Shown in pieces: positions 1 to 12,180 of a stretch of 64,000 bases of DNA. The notes beneath the pieces were generated by a model, which made no database searches, had not been told where the DNA came from, and saw only the letters and a program-made list of their open reading frames with translations. The translations under genes were made by a program, and so were the position numbers. Source of the DNA: Raillietiella orientalis (Eukaryota); contig JAYWIR010000012.1 in the NCBI GenBank assembly GCA_036172245.1, positions 1,178,001 through 1,242,000 on the forward strand, read 5' to 3'. Position 1 is the first letter of the stretch. Each line of letters opens with the position of its first letter.

Positions 1-519
1 CCTCCTAGTGAACTGTGTTGCCCTTCAGTCCCTTTGGAAATGCTTTGCTGCGGCCCTTGACAACTCTGGCGGAAACCCCAAGGAAGTTCTTAGACCAAAG
101 CACAAAGTGAACCCCAAGGGCTTCACTTTGTGCAGGACTCCCTGCAGCCAGTTGCAGCCCTTGCAGCCCTTGGCTGCCTCCGCGGGATCGTGGCGGCGTG
201 GAGGGATGCCAACAGAGGAGCTAGAGACAGACACGCCATCCAGTTCGCTCCTTGCTTTCTGTGGATCGAGGTCAGATGGCCCCATCTGGATAGCAATATC
301 TAGCAAGATCTTGCTGGCATCCTTCAAAGGATGAAGAGGACCGCCCCCAGAAGACAGTGATCCCTTCTCTCACCCCCTTTTCCCCAAATTGTTTTATTTT
401 GTTTCTTTTTCTTTTTGTTTGCCCCTCCCCTCTTCTTCCTTGGTGGACCTCACCGGTCTGCGAACCGGTAATACAGCAGGTTAGATCAAAGAGGACGGGG
501 TTAGACCACCGGTCAAACC

Positions 520-1760
520 ATAGAAATTGTAAATGTTTATTTAATCTATAAATAATTCCTCCAGAGTACTCAGGTGAGAATTCCATGGGATGAGAACTGA
601 TTCTTCGACTCCACCTCTACCGGAAACCTCAGCCAGCAAAGTGACTACTCCGCTCGAGATCGCTGATGAGCAGCAGTAGGATCTCTGAACCAACCCGGAC
701 TTGCATACTGCTGCTGCGATGCGAATGCAGTCACGATGTTTGCAAAATGTCCCGAAGTCAGCGAATAGCGTGGTTCCACACTCTTTGCATTGCATCCTCC
801 ACAACCATCAAGATTAATCGAAAATGTTTTATCCTAGTTGCAAGCAGACTCTTTTTTTTGTCCTCTTCTGGCTTGTCCTTTGACGTCTTGCATTTCTTGA
901 CGAAGGATGGACGAGAGCGCTTCAGAATCCATCCATATTGGATTGGTCTTTTGAGCTACAGAGCAGATTCAGAAATCACCACTTGCATCCTGATGAAATC
1001 ATTGGTGGATTTAAGGGGTACTCTGATACTCTTGTCGGTCCCCTAAGAGCACACCTGAAAGGTCGTCTGCTGAGCTGGGGTAGCTTGGTGCTCCCGATGA
1101 AGGGTTCCATCACATCCCTGCTTGCACCTCCATAGTTGAGTCGACTGCCACAGTCCCAAGGAGATGTTCCGGGTCCAGACTCCTTTGCAGGAGGCTCACT
1201 GAGTCAGCCTGCGGTGCCTGGAGCAACCTGCTCATCCCTGATTTCTGGGTCATGCATCCAACGGAAACAAAACATACGCAGTCAGTGGCAGACGAGCACG
1301 TGGACAGCCTGGATCCAGAGGGACAGAGAGCGGAGCTGAGGATGAGCGGAGAGGGAGTAGGGAATGGGGATGGATCGGACTCTTGGTTCTGAGCAGTGCC
1401 CACGAAGGTCTGCCTCGGGCAGGAAATGAATAGAGAGGAAAGGTACGGGGGCGCTCCTCCTCGCGCCTCCTCTCCGGATAGTCGGCGATGGAGACCGACG
1501 AAAATCGATTGGCATTCGAAATGAGCTGAACTTCCGGCTTTAGAGCTGATATGGTACCTATGATGATGCAGATAGGGGTGGACGTGTTGCGAGATAGCGA
1601 GTGAGGAGGGCCAGGACGCCCCCTTTAATGCCGAAAGTATCGGGCGCTCCTCCGCGCGGGGAGCGACAGCGAAGTTCTGGTAATCGGGGAGTCGAGGCTT
1701 CCGGAGACGGGAAACAACTCCGGGAAAGCGACCAGATAACGAGATCGTCAAAAGAAGCGT
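520..1760 (-). mobile_element. Degenerate N-terminal zinc-finger region of an RLE non-LTR retrotransposon (NeSL/Utopia-like)
   Basis: Minus-strand frames give Cys/His motifs: SSLAISQHVHPYLHHHRYH...HFECQSIF (ORF 1110..1880), EYPLNPPMISSGCK (about 1000-1040) and WRMQCKECGTTLFADFGTFCKHRDC (ORF 541..804). These resemble the YP/FP-x-C..C / H..H fingers of this clade. Stops and frameshifts are present. Confidence 0.4.
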
Positions 1761-2169
1761 CCTTGGAGATTGGGGATGGGTCCAGGAAACTTCAGGAGCA
1801 GTGGTCTCGCACTCCAGGAGTCGGCGTCCGCTGCCTGCTTTCCATTTTCGCTTCCTGGGGAGAGCGCCATCGCCCTGCACCCTTCAGGTTTTCTTTCGCT
1901 GGGAGAGGTCCATCTCTCGGCAACAAGGCATGTTTTCCTCGAGAGGTCGTCCGATCACTCTGCCCACGTCAATAGCCCCATTCGGTCCCTCTTCTGGTCT
2001 TTGGACCTCACGAAACATGACCCTGTTTCGTCTACTTTTATTTTTATTTTATGCTTTTTTCCCGTAGCCCCGAAGGGTTTTCTGAATTCGAGGTGGCTGG
2101 GAAAAACCCTCAAAGGCTCAGGCTGCGACGTCTTTTCTTCCCCTTCGGAGCTTCTGACTTTTTTTTCTG

Positions 2170-2940
2170 GTTTCCACGGAGTGTTGAAGAGCAGCTCGCC
2201 TCGTTGGGGACACGGTTCTTCAGCAGATTAGGATGCGAGGAGGGAAACTCACTAAGTACTCTTTAACGCTGTCCACCCCACCCGAGGGTGCACGAAACTC
2301 TTCAGTTATGTAGTCACCACAGAGGAATCACCCCATGAATCCAAAACGGCTCCAAGGAAGGGATCTGCTCCTCTCTTACGCTTGGGAAGAAACGCCGAAG
2401 GGAACCTCTTCCTTGTTCCTCAAAGAACCGCCTGGAAGGGGTCACTGCACGTTTCTTCTCCGAAGCAAACCCGGGAAGGATCCTTCTCCTGGAATTTTTT
2501 CATCTGAGAGAACTTGCAAGAGAACCGCTCCTTGCATTCTTCTCTGAAGAGAACCCCAACGAAAGCAGTGCGCTTCTTGACACTCGGGAGAGACGACCCC
2601 CTGCAGGGAGTATCAGCGAGCTCCATGGTACGAGATAGAGTCCCTTCCCCTGAAGGGCTCCCCCTTCCAGGGGCAGCACCATTTCCACAGCCGAAGGGGA
2701 ACTCCGAAGGAATCCTTGATTCCTGGAAGGATCCCGAAGGGTGGACTCCTATTCCCGGTCAGTAAACGGAGCATGAGGCTTCCACTAGTGCCTGACCCGC
2801 CAACCAAAGTCACCCTGAAGCAGGGACTCGAGACCCACGACCCAAATTCCCATTTTTCGGCGTCGCGATCCTTCGAGCAGGGATTCGAACCGACAGCGCT
2901 GGGTACTACGCGACGCAGGTCGCACCGCCCGATCCTGCTG
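2170..2940 (-). mobile_element. tRNA-headed SINE-like repeat, copy A
   Basis: The minus strand has a B-box GGTTCGAATCCC (plus ggattcgaacc at 2881-2891). The body aligns by eye with copies at 13.4-14.5, 26.3-27.0, 31.6-32.2 and 55.9-56.4 kb. It has internal repeats of about 42 bp and an A-rich 3' end (T tract near 2158-2173). Confidence 0.75.
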
Positions 2941-3199
2941 CCGGGAGACGGTGAACTCCGTGCCTCAGTGGCTGCGCGCATGGTCCACGGGGCCGTCTTG
3001 TGCGCCTTATTGAAGGTTTTCTTATCCTTCCTTAGCCACACCAGGGGAACGCCAGTATTCCGGCAAGGGTTGGTATCCCCTCCAGAGACTGCACCATGCC
3101 TACAGCGACGTGGAGCTTCTGGTTCCCGTCGAAGAACGGGCCGCGCCGGTCCAGGACTACGAAAGTCTCGATGGGCTCCTCCCTACGGACGCAGGTCCT

Positions 3200-3990
3200 G
3201 ATGGCCCCGAGAGCGCGAGGACTGCGCTCCTCAGTCGCAGTCAGGCCACAAAGCCCGACAGCCTCTGCTTCTTGCACCCGTAGAGATCCCGCAAATACCT
3301 GGCCCCACCGTTCTGAATGGTGGGTTCCGACTCCAAGACCGCCGGGCTCACGGAACAGAAGGGGTCTTCGGGGGCAGAGGAGTTTCTCCCGAACTGTTCT
3401 CCTCTTCCTTCCCGGAACTTCACCAAGCCTCTGAAATCACGTTTCCTGAGCAACGTCTCCGCACTGGTTCTTGGGACCCTTCCTCTTTAGCCGCTGTGCT
3501 CAGTCTCATTTCCGAGATTTAAGGAGCTGTGCCCGCGTTGTCAAGGACGGGGGAGCCAAGCAACGAAGCAGCGGAGTCCGTTCGTGCCGCGAAGAACCTC
3601 CTCCCCCTCAAGGGGTTCCAGGATGAGGAATGGTTGCGTGAGTCGGTTTCCGGGAGGAGGAGCAGCTAGACAGCCGGAATGGATGGCGAGGAGGCGGCGA
3701 GAAGCCGGAAGCTGCTCCTCCCTCACGAGCGCGGCAGCGAGACTCACTGGGGCGTGCTGCAAGAGGCAACTAGGACTCGGGAGGGCTCACCATCCCTCCA
3801 TCGCCACGGGGAAACGCGGTTCATGGGTCCACAAGGGCACGACGCTTGCTCTTCTCTCGCGAACCAGAGGCCAACTCGTGTGATCTCATGAAAATATAGG
3901 CGCAAATTAAAATGCGATCTCAACACCATCCGGTCTGTCAATCTCCATGAAGACGGATCGCCTCTCTATCCTTGTCCGTAAGGGGAAAAA
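3200..3990 (-). mobile_element. Gypsy-type integrase remnant (H2C2 + rve)
   Basis: RMVLRSHFNLRLYFHEITRVGL...EPSRVLVASCSTPQ (ORF 3744..3941) resembles R.VIP..LR...L..LH..H.G...DI...V..C..CQ. It is followed by PFLILEPLEGEEVL and GLRCFVAWLP (ORF 3541..3762). Confidence 0.45.
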
Positions 3991-4599
3991 ATCGATGGCA
4001 GCTCCCTGACCACTCTGTCTTAAGGAGCCGATAGGAAGATGAATAGCAAGCAAGTTGATCGGTCGCTCAGCAGCATTCTTCCGTCCCGGAGACGCATGTA
4101 ATCAAGCGCTTTCCCTCAGGACCTGGATCGCAGCAACCTCTCCCCACCGCCCTGCTTGAAGCAAATTCTTCTGTGACCAATACCCGCATCCGCAGAAGCA
4201 GCGAAGACTTGGAGCCGAAGAAGAGTGTCAGCGGCAACTCGGCTTCCTTAACGGTGCTGGTCGGTAGTGCTCAATTCAGGGGGTGCACTCCAGGCCAGAG
4301 GGAATCGGCCGCCACCCTTCCGATTTTTGATCACTTTGCTCGAGAAGTGAAGATGCAGATGGAAGTCACTGAGGAAGGAGGAGACCGAAGGTACGGGCTG
4401 CTGAACAGGAACGATTCCGTCTTTCCACGAGCACCTCCTGATCAAGTGGAGTTGCACAAAGGGAATTAGAGTAGCACTCTCGAAGGGATCCTCGCCGCAT
4501 GACCCCCTTGCTCCAGGAGTGCTTCATTTTGCCCTGTCCTGCTTGCTTCATCGCAGGCACTTCTTCAGGCATCCCGACGCAGTTCGGTTCGCCACCCAG

Positions 4600-5400
4600 C
4601 AAGAGGACAGATTTGCACCTTCCAACCCACGAGCAGCAAGAGCACCATCGCCAGAGCATCTTTTGCTGAGTGCGCAACAAAGCCCGGACTGTCGACCTTC
4701 TGTAGTCTCATATGGATACTGCTCCTTGAAGAGTGAGCTGTGACCACATGCCGAGTTCAGAGTTCAGTGCATCCTTGGCACGCTTGAAATGCACCCGTCC
4801 TTCTCCAGCACATTTTGAAACACAACCGTCCATCATGGTGGGCTCCAGGGGTTGTGTTTGAAGCCCACTCCTTCCCTGTGTAGGAAGGAAGGGGGGGAGT
4901 GACAACTGACAACTTCTCTGAATAGCAATAGATGATATGTCGACCCGCTCGTGAAAACCCACCCTCTACAACCACTGCAGTGTGATAATGATACTCTCAT
5001 GCATTGTGGATGTCTCCACATTGCGGGCTGCGCCCTTTTGAGAGAGAAGTTGAACACCTTAGCATCTCTTCCAGTGCCTACCGTTGCCAAGCAACGGTGA
5101 AATGAGGAAAGTGCCATCGCTGAAAATGGTCTGCCCCTTTACAAAATGATTCTCGGAGTGAGTTCACTTTTCGGAAGAGAAGATGGGTACCTAGCATCTC
5201 TTCCACTGCTCATCGTCGCCAAGCAACGGCGGAATCAAGGGAAAAAAAATGCCATTGCTGCAAATGGCCTGTCACCTCACACAACGATTCTTGACATGCC
5301 GGCAGATGCTCTTGTATTTTTAATCTCATGGGTTGTCGACATTGAAGTGAACTCCTTCCCTTCCCTTCTGCGTTGTACATCGGGAACACCGATGTAAACT
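4600..5400 (-). mobile_element. DDE_Tnp_4 (ISL2EU/Harbinger-like) transposase pseudogene
   Basis: Motifs occur in the expected order across frames: LQCRQPMRLKIQ, TIFSDGTFLISPLLG, GTGRDAKVF, VVEGGF (like MADRGF), CQLSLPPFL (like LNIPPFL) and GRVHFKRAKDAL (like RIHVERAIRRI). Confidence 0.65.
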
Positions 5401-5557
5401 CATCAACCCTCCATTTGTTTTGAATTTGTTTTTAATTCGCGCATTCGGTTTTTTATTGATTTATTCAGTAATTGTGTGGCCTTGTCATTCAGAGCTAATG
5501 AATTTATACCTATTGATTTTTCGTTTCAAACGGTCGGCTTCACGATGGTGCCGTTTG

Positions 5558-5592
5558 TATGTGTGTGTGTGCGTGTGTGTGTGTGTGTGTGT
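5558..5592. repeat. (GT)n microsatellite
   Basis: gtatgtgtgtgtgtgcgtgtgtgtgtgtgtgtgtgt is directly visible. Confidence 0.95.
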
Positions 5593-5799
5593 TTATTTAC
5601 TTCTTGCTGGATTGAATTTTTTCCTTTGTCTCTTTCTTTTCACGTGCTCGTCCGAATCCGTTAACATCTCATTTCCCAGCGCGGCGGAATTTCTCGTGCG
5701 CGGAATTCTTTTTCAACGGCATGAACCTATAATAATCAATGCGCTTCGAAATTCCTAATTATTGAACAGGGATGTCCATCTATCACTGTAACAGGAAAA

Positions 5800-7000
5800 C
5801 TGAAGTTACTTCCTTAGATCCAACTATTTGCCTCTTCCTATTGGCACGCATGGTCTTCATTATTATCCATCCCTAATAGTCGTATTGGAATTGGTTTTGA
5901 TTCTACCCGGCGGAGCTTGTGTGTGAAATTTGCTCGCGATGCACTCAATCACGATCGGCAAGAGGCCTTGCAAGACACTGATCGCGAGCAACTTTCCAGC
6001 TGGGGCTGGCTGCCGCCTTTTGCACCATTCTCCAGCTGATCCTCTGACGAAGTCCTTCTTCAAGCCGTCTCCGAGCAACGCAACGACGGAAACCGCTCCT
6101 CCGTCGGTATTTGAACTTTGTTTACCAGAGTGGAATCAGTGACTTGACATTTTCTTCCTTCGCCTGTTTCAAAAAAATTCGGCAGTAAATTCCCATCTAT
6201 TCCACAACTCTCCCGGGAGTTCGTCAGTCAGAATGTGGTCATATTCTTGTCTATCCCATCAGTTTGGATGACGTGCCACTTTTAACACCACTGAAAACGC
6301 CAGCTTGTTTGTCTGCAAACCTCTTCTGCAAATGAATGATTGACCATTCTTAATTGAAACTTCAGCAAGAGTGAGTTTATAAAGACGAAAATAAAAAAAA
6401 AGTCCTTCAGGAGAATTCTCGAAGATAAAAGATTCAATGAAGGATTAATCAACTCGATCACGTCGGCAATCATGTGTGGGATTACTGCCAAAGGAAAAGT
6501 AGATTCGGTCAGAGGTCGGAAAAGCCATTGCGAACGCTGTCGTTTGAGAGTAATTTCTTTCTTCGCGGCATCCCAGTGACGTCCACCTGCCCTGTCCCTC
6601 TTTGTATTCCTGTCTTCACGATTTCTTAAGTAGGAATCTGAGTTCGATTTGTCGAAAATGCTCCATTGCGGTCACTTTTACAAGCTCTCAGCAACGCTGG
6701 TATATCATCAACAGCATCCCGACGACTTTTTGCAGGAATTGTTCATCGAACACTGGATTGTCGTTTCAGACTTCAATCCTTTCACGAGCGTTTCCTTTCA
6801 CAAGTCTTCTAAAATCACGTCTACAACGGGATCCCCTATGGAATTTCTTTCGATTGAAAATTCATGACCAAAAATTCCTGTTTCGGATTCCTCAATCCAC
6901 CTGTGAGTCGTAAGGATGAAACGCTCCTTGTTCCGCCGAAGAGGAATCTACAGTATCTCTTCCATTTTCCCATCAACAGTAGCCTACCGGCACTTTCAGA
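5800..7000 (-). pseudogene. Degenerate P-loop SF1 / Schlafen-like helicase remnant
   Basis: The minus strand has a Walker A-like VDVTGMPRRKKLL (about 6550-6590), a Walker B-like QEYDHILTDELP (about 6215-6250) and a later RIKTNSNTTIRD (like L..N.RN...I). There are many stops. Confidence 0.35.
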
Positions 7001-8439
7001 TCGCGGCGAAAGCGAAGTGAATTCGTGTGTCTGTCAAGAGAGATGAACCTCACCCAGCATCCCTGCTTTTGAGAGAGAAGCCATCGTTTCGTTAGACTGC
7101 ATAACTCTTCCAAGTTTGTCACGAAGATCTCGCCGAATTCATGAATTTGAAGGCATGACAGATTCTGCCAGAATCCAAAAAACAGGGGGAAGGAACAAGT
7201 TCTTCAATGATCTGCAAGGATCATGACGATTGTAGCTAATTATAGCACTGCAGCATGTGCTTGAGGTATTCATGCTTTCCACTATCTTGAATTGGCCTCC
7301 TGATGGATCGAGATGTCTCCTGGAGACTTGCTCCTCTTCTAAAGTAACACTTTTTCGCTCGTGAGGTGTGATGCACTCTGCAGAGTTTTTTCCTCCCGAG
7401 TGGATTGCCATTTACTCGGCATTCCTCAGGCCATTTCGTTGGAAGTAATCGCGGTTCTTTGGTCCAGCAGTTTCCGCTATTTGTTCTTGTGCATTCACCA
7501 TCTCGGATTTCCCGGCGTCGTCGAATTTTAGCTTCAACCAACCTGCTGGTGAACACGAACCGTCCGATTTACCTCTAATGACTCACGCGGTCCGATGGTT
7601 TCGGAGGCCCTTTTCTCTTCAGCAGCCCCCACAAAGCATTGAACATTTCTGAGCAACTGGACTCTAAAAACACTCTTCTTGGCACATGTTTCACCATCAT
7701 CGTTGCGGGTTCCTGTTCATTAACGCAAATCATCCCATCTAGAAAAGCATTCGGGCGATTTGCTGAAAGCAAAAAATGCAGCTGCCGCGAACGCTGCCAC
7801 GACTTTTCCAAGGGGTTTCCACGTCAGATGCCAAATGTGCTCGTGCGCGTGGTCCCGGAAAATTTGAACGTGTGGGAGTTTTAAACAAACTTCTGAGGTC
7901 AGTTATTGACAGTTGCATCCTTTGCCATCACCCGATTCCTCTCACTTTCCACGTCACTGGAGATTTCCGCCGTGGAGCTCAAGAGACTTCAGGCAGCTTG
8001 ACGTTTGTCGTTATTTCCACCACGGATTTCCCTTCATCGACCACTTTCTGACTTTTGGTTCCTCCTGATGATATCATGGCTTCCTTTCTGGATTCGGTTC
8101 TTCTCTGCATTCGCGTTCCTCTTCCTCTGAAATCCTTCGTCCCCGTTTTCACCCTCTGTCTGTGTAGGTGTTCCCGGAACATCTTTGTTTCATTAAAACA
8201 CCGATCAATCAGCTCTGCCAGTTAGTTAGTCGGGCGTACAGGTACTGGCCAAACATTCCAACGGTACCATCGCAATAGTACACTGCCTTTCCCTTTGGAC
8301 AGCGTTCGTCTGCTGCGTTTCAGTCCGCGGATTTCCTTTCCCACTGGAGGTCCCGATGTGACCACTGCTTAAAAAAAAAAAAAAAAGCAACACCTCACAA
8401 GAGACCGTGAGCGCACGCGCTAGACATGCATCAAACATG

Positions 8440-9290
8440 AACTCTCATCCTTGCATTCAGTCGAGCATCCGTTGAGCAGCAGCGCGAAACGATCCCCTCA
8501 GCATCACGCACTTTGGATTCGCGATGCACGTCCCGGCAGGGCATCTCGAGCAGTGCCGTTACCGCTGACTCATCCGAGTTTCGGCAGTCAGGAAAAACCC
8601 TACAGGATAAAGATGCGCAGAATTCAATTATCTGCGTGCCCTGAAGTCCCAGTCGAAAGCGAATTTATGACTCCTTGTTACGTCTGGGTGCATCTCGTAA
8701 TCTTCGTAGAATCTCTTCCTGCATTCTGATCTTAACTGAATATTTTATTTGCCTACCGGTTAAAATTAGTAGCTCGCTACATTCGTTATTTATCGCAGGA
8801 ACGTCACTCAAATGAGCCTATGTAGAACTCCGTTTGCTCAGCATACAGCGACAGGAGAGTCGTGTGCTTCTTCCCTGCTGAAGCTGCTGCCACGTTCTTC
8901 TTAGTCACTCGAACGAAGTCGTCGGAATCCGCCGTCCACTCACTCATCAGCATTTCATCTTTCGGGCTCCCAAGCTGATGCTAGTAGTACATCTCACGCT
9001 AAACTACTCGAGCGACAGGACCGGGACGTTCTCACCAGTCTGCTTTCTCATCCCATGGATTCATCTGAAAGTAGGCTGCTAAACTGCACCTCCAAATTGT
9101 GCCATAAATTATACCCATGGATACGCAAGCCATCCGAGATCTTGAAGTGGATCTCAGGGTGTTGCTGACACCTCTAAGAATCCTATTTCGGAAACGTGCA
9201 CGCCACCACAACAAAGCACGTGTGTTCTCTCTTGCATCTGTGCCAAGAGGATCGCACTGCCGGTTTCCACATGGCCAGATTTCCATTTCG
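8440..9290 (-). mobile_element. PIF/Harbinger transposase pseudogene
   Basis: The N-terminal part RSTSRSRMACVSMGIIYGTIWRCSLAAYFQMNPWDEKADW (ORF 9032..9286) is followed by VDGGFRRL...RGSSFSREEAHDSPVAVC*AN (like IDGKHI...GS.FFNYK..HSIVLMAVCDAN). Further on are FAFDWDF...HLYP and CIANPKCVMLRGSFR (like IENAFGIL..RFR). Confidence 0.65.
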
Positions 9291-10579
9291 GGAATCCGGT
9301 GGGAAGTCCCGAATCATCATCAGTGATGAATTTTCATTTCATAAATGAATGGAGTCCGCTCTTAGATGTGGTACCACCTCCTGACACCTCCTAACCCTGG
9401 GTTTATCTCCCGGGCTTACATTTAACAGCCCATTCTATCGCGAGCCCAGGAGCAGCATGGAAATAGATATGACGGCAAATAGATTTCCTCGAGGGTACAT
9501 GAACTTACCTGTATTGAAATTATCGCTAATTAGCAGCAATTAATGCACGCTTTTGAATCTTCTCTTTAAAAAAAGGAAAAATCCATCGATGGTCAAAGAG
9601 TACATTTCTTTTTTTTTTTTTTAAAGATGATGTTAAACCAGAAGGAGGAATCCGATGTTTCCCTCTCTGCTGGCATTAAGCTCTTAGGTCAGCAGGCTAG
9701 CGTTTGCGCAGACCAGAGCTGATGCTCAGGAGGTGCGGACAGGCGGGCTGACCTCTCCTGCTCCGAGACCCAGCGTTCTCTGGGCGGGGTTGACTTCCTC
9801 CCTGTCGCAGCTCAGGCTGCCAACAAACGCCGTAGAGCTGCATCGCAGCACGTCATCGAGCTCCACAAAATCTTTCGACTTCTTGGAAACCAACTCTTCG
9901 TTCGCTGCCGTCTCCTCTTGGAGCATTTTTTGAGGGATCCGCCGCTCCCGGCGGGTCGTCCAGTAAGGATCCGTCCGGAACCTTACTGGACGACCCGCCG
10001 AACTTTTGCGATGACGTCTCCGCTGCGGCTATCGAAACGAAGAACGCGAGGAGAGAGCAACGAAAGTCGTCTTCGGCGGAAGGGCAGGAAAGCACCCCGA
10101 GAATGCACCACGCGAGCACACGAAAGACCCTTCTTGATGGTCAGGCTGTCATAGGTTGCCGCGGTGGTTTCTCTCGCGAGAGTTCCGAGGCACGGCGCGG
10201 GCGGAGCGAAAGCTCGAGCTCCAGGTTCGGGATAATTGCGTTCCGGGAGCCGTCGCAGCGCTGGTCGGCTCGCTGGCTGCGGAAGGGTTTGCTGCGTTCG
10301 TGTCGCGAGAGTCCCCTGAACATTCTCCCCTAAGACCAGCCCGTCTCGGAGCCCAGTCTCGGAGTCCCCTCGGGTTTAAGAGTTCGCTTTTTCCGGGATC
10401 TTGCCTTTATCTGATGGCCCCTCCCAGCTCTCCCGAGCAGGAAAGTACCGTTTACGAAGCAGGCGTTATCCTTCTGAAGGAGTATTTGTATCGCTGATTA
10501 GGAAACTAAAATGAATCTGAAATCAGGGATGAGATGAAGAATTGATTCATTAGGGAGCTGCTTTCTCATGCGATTGTTA

Positions 10580-10930
10580 CTTCCTATAGATGGAGTTGAG
10601 AAAAATGAGATGATTTCGCACTCTTTGCACTATCTCGATCAGCGAAACAAGTTCCTGCTCCAGGTCGAAAGATGACGTTCGGGTAGGAGCGACGGCGTCC
10701 AAGCGCAGCGCGAGTGCCTTCACAGAGAGATGCTGATCGCCGACGCAGCGGATGCTCAAGGATTACCTGATTGACCTGAGAAAAACGGATCGCGCGCACG
10801 ACGTGGAGGACGGCTGCGGTTGCCATACACGAAAATCTTCTTCCGCAGCAGGTTTCGAAGTTCTGACATGCGGTCAAGCCGAGGCGTCCTAACAGCTTGT
10901 AACAAAGAGCACACAAAAGATGGGGATGAA
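10580..10930 (-). pseudogene. RING-finger (TRAF-like) gene fragment
   Basis: CALCYKLLGRLGLTACQNFETCCG (ORF 10584..10916) resembles the C3HC4 pattern C.LC...L..P..T.CGH.FC..C. It is followed by DQHLSVKALALRL in another frame. Confidence 0.4.
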
Positions 10931-11649
10931 AGGATGGGAAGCTGGGCCCTGACAGAGTCCGAACACTTTTGTTGTCCCCCTCCTCTGTTCCTTATTCTTT
11001 GTTTGCCCGCTCCCTCATTCGTTGAAGATCCAGGTGCGGAGCCTCCTGCGCTGAGCCCGAATCCGCATGAAAGACTTGGTGGCGCTCCAGACTTGTCATG
11101 CTCCAGGACATTGGCTTGGATATATGAGAACATCGGACTGCAAATGCAGCTCCGAATTCTCTCCCTGTGTGTGAAATAGTGGTTTGCCAATTGGTGTGCT
11201 CCGGAATGCCACATTCTCCGGCGATGCGTTGAGAGCTCAGGACTTCTTTCGCTGCTGCCGCGCTCTGGCTTTGGCTACCCCCGAGGCATCTGTCCTCATT
11301 ACTTGTAGACCATCCGTGAATTTCCTGCCTCCCCATAAACCAGAACGCCTGGCGGCATGACGCTCTGAAGTCCTGGGTAGCAACTTTGGAAGGGCTCCCA
11401 GAAGAACTGCGATCGCTGCAGAATTTCCTACGCAAACCACTGGGAGATGCCCTGCAGGATTGGACGCAGTGGTCCTGAATAGCCCTCTCGTCCCTTGCCT
11501 CAGCACTGTCTGCATTCAGGGCAAGAAATGACAGCAGCCAACGGACGGGGTGGGAGTTCTTCTGCAGGAGTCGAAAAACTGGATGGCTGCAAGACGAGAT
11601 AATTGGTGAACACTGCCACTCGTACCCGGGCGAAGGGACTCCTTCAGTG

Positions 11650-12180
11650 GAGTGACCTGCTTTGTGTGCTCCCAAAGAAGTCGTGGTTCCTTCCCTGTAT
11701 ACTGATGCCTCCGTGTTCCCGTTTCTGTGGAAACAGCATGTTGCTCTGTTTCTGCACTGAAGATTTCAGTGCAATTAGCACAGACACCTGGTTTCCGGGG
11801 GAGTTGCCTCCCCGGACTGTCTCAGGTGCGGGGTGACGGATTCGCTTCCGCGCCTCCTGTTGGGTTGCGGTGTCCTGGAGGACTTGTGGCGGAGACTCGC
11901 CTCGGCATCAAACCGCAGGACACTGCAACAGATTTGTTGCGGCAATTCTTCACCGGAGGCAGGCTGAAAAAGGATGCTGTGATCGCAACGATCTGTAGCA
12001 TCCGTGCCATAGTGACAGCCTGCCATGTGTTGGAGTCAGGTTCGCGGCAAAGAGAGGCCACCAGCATAGCAGCATCCCTCATTAGGACAGCATCAAGGGG
12101 ACCTTATCTTCCAGAAGTTGCCAATGAGATCGTCAGTGTCCAGAGCTGCTTCCAGAAAGAAAGGAACGTCTTTAGCCTCA
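11650..12180 (-). pseudogene. TRAF/SIAH-type zinc-finger gene fragment
   Basis: CPNEGCCYAGGLSL...QHMAGCHYG...RCDHSI...EELPQQIC and a later TCCFHRNG resemble CPN.GC...G.L..L..H...C.Y...C..C. In-frame stops are present. Confidence 0.35.

Noticed and set aside
4005..4035. Similarity to the 28S rDNA R2 target (ctct..cttaagg.agcc)
   Set aside because: It is a short gapped match with no flanking rRNA sequence, so it is likely chance.
6200..6270. CRESS/parvovirus SF3 helicase (WDRQEYDHILTDE)
   Set aside because: The spacing to the putative Walker A is too long, and no motif C or Rep endonuclease motifs are seen.
11775..12026. Ankyrin repeats (DATDRCDHSILF...RHKSSRTP)
   Set aside because: There is no TPLH core, and the Cys/His spacing fits a TRAF-type finger somewhat better. 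Both readings are weak.
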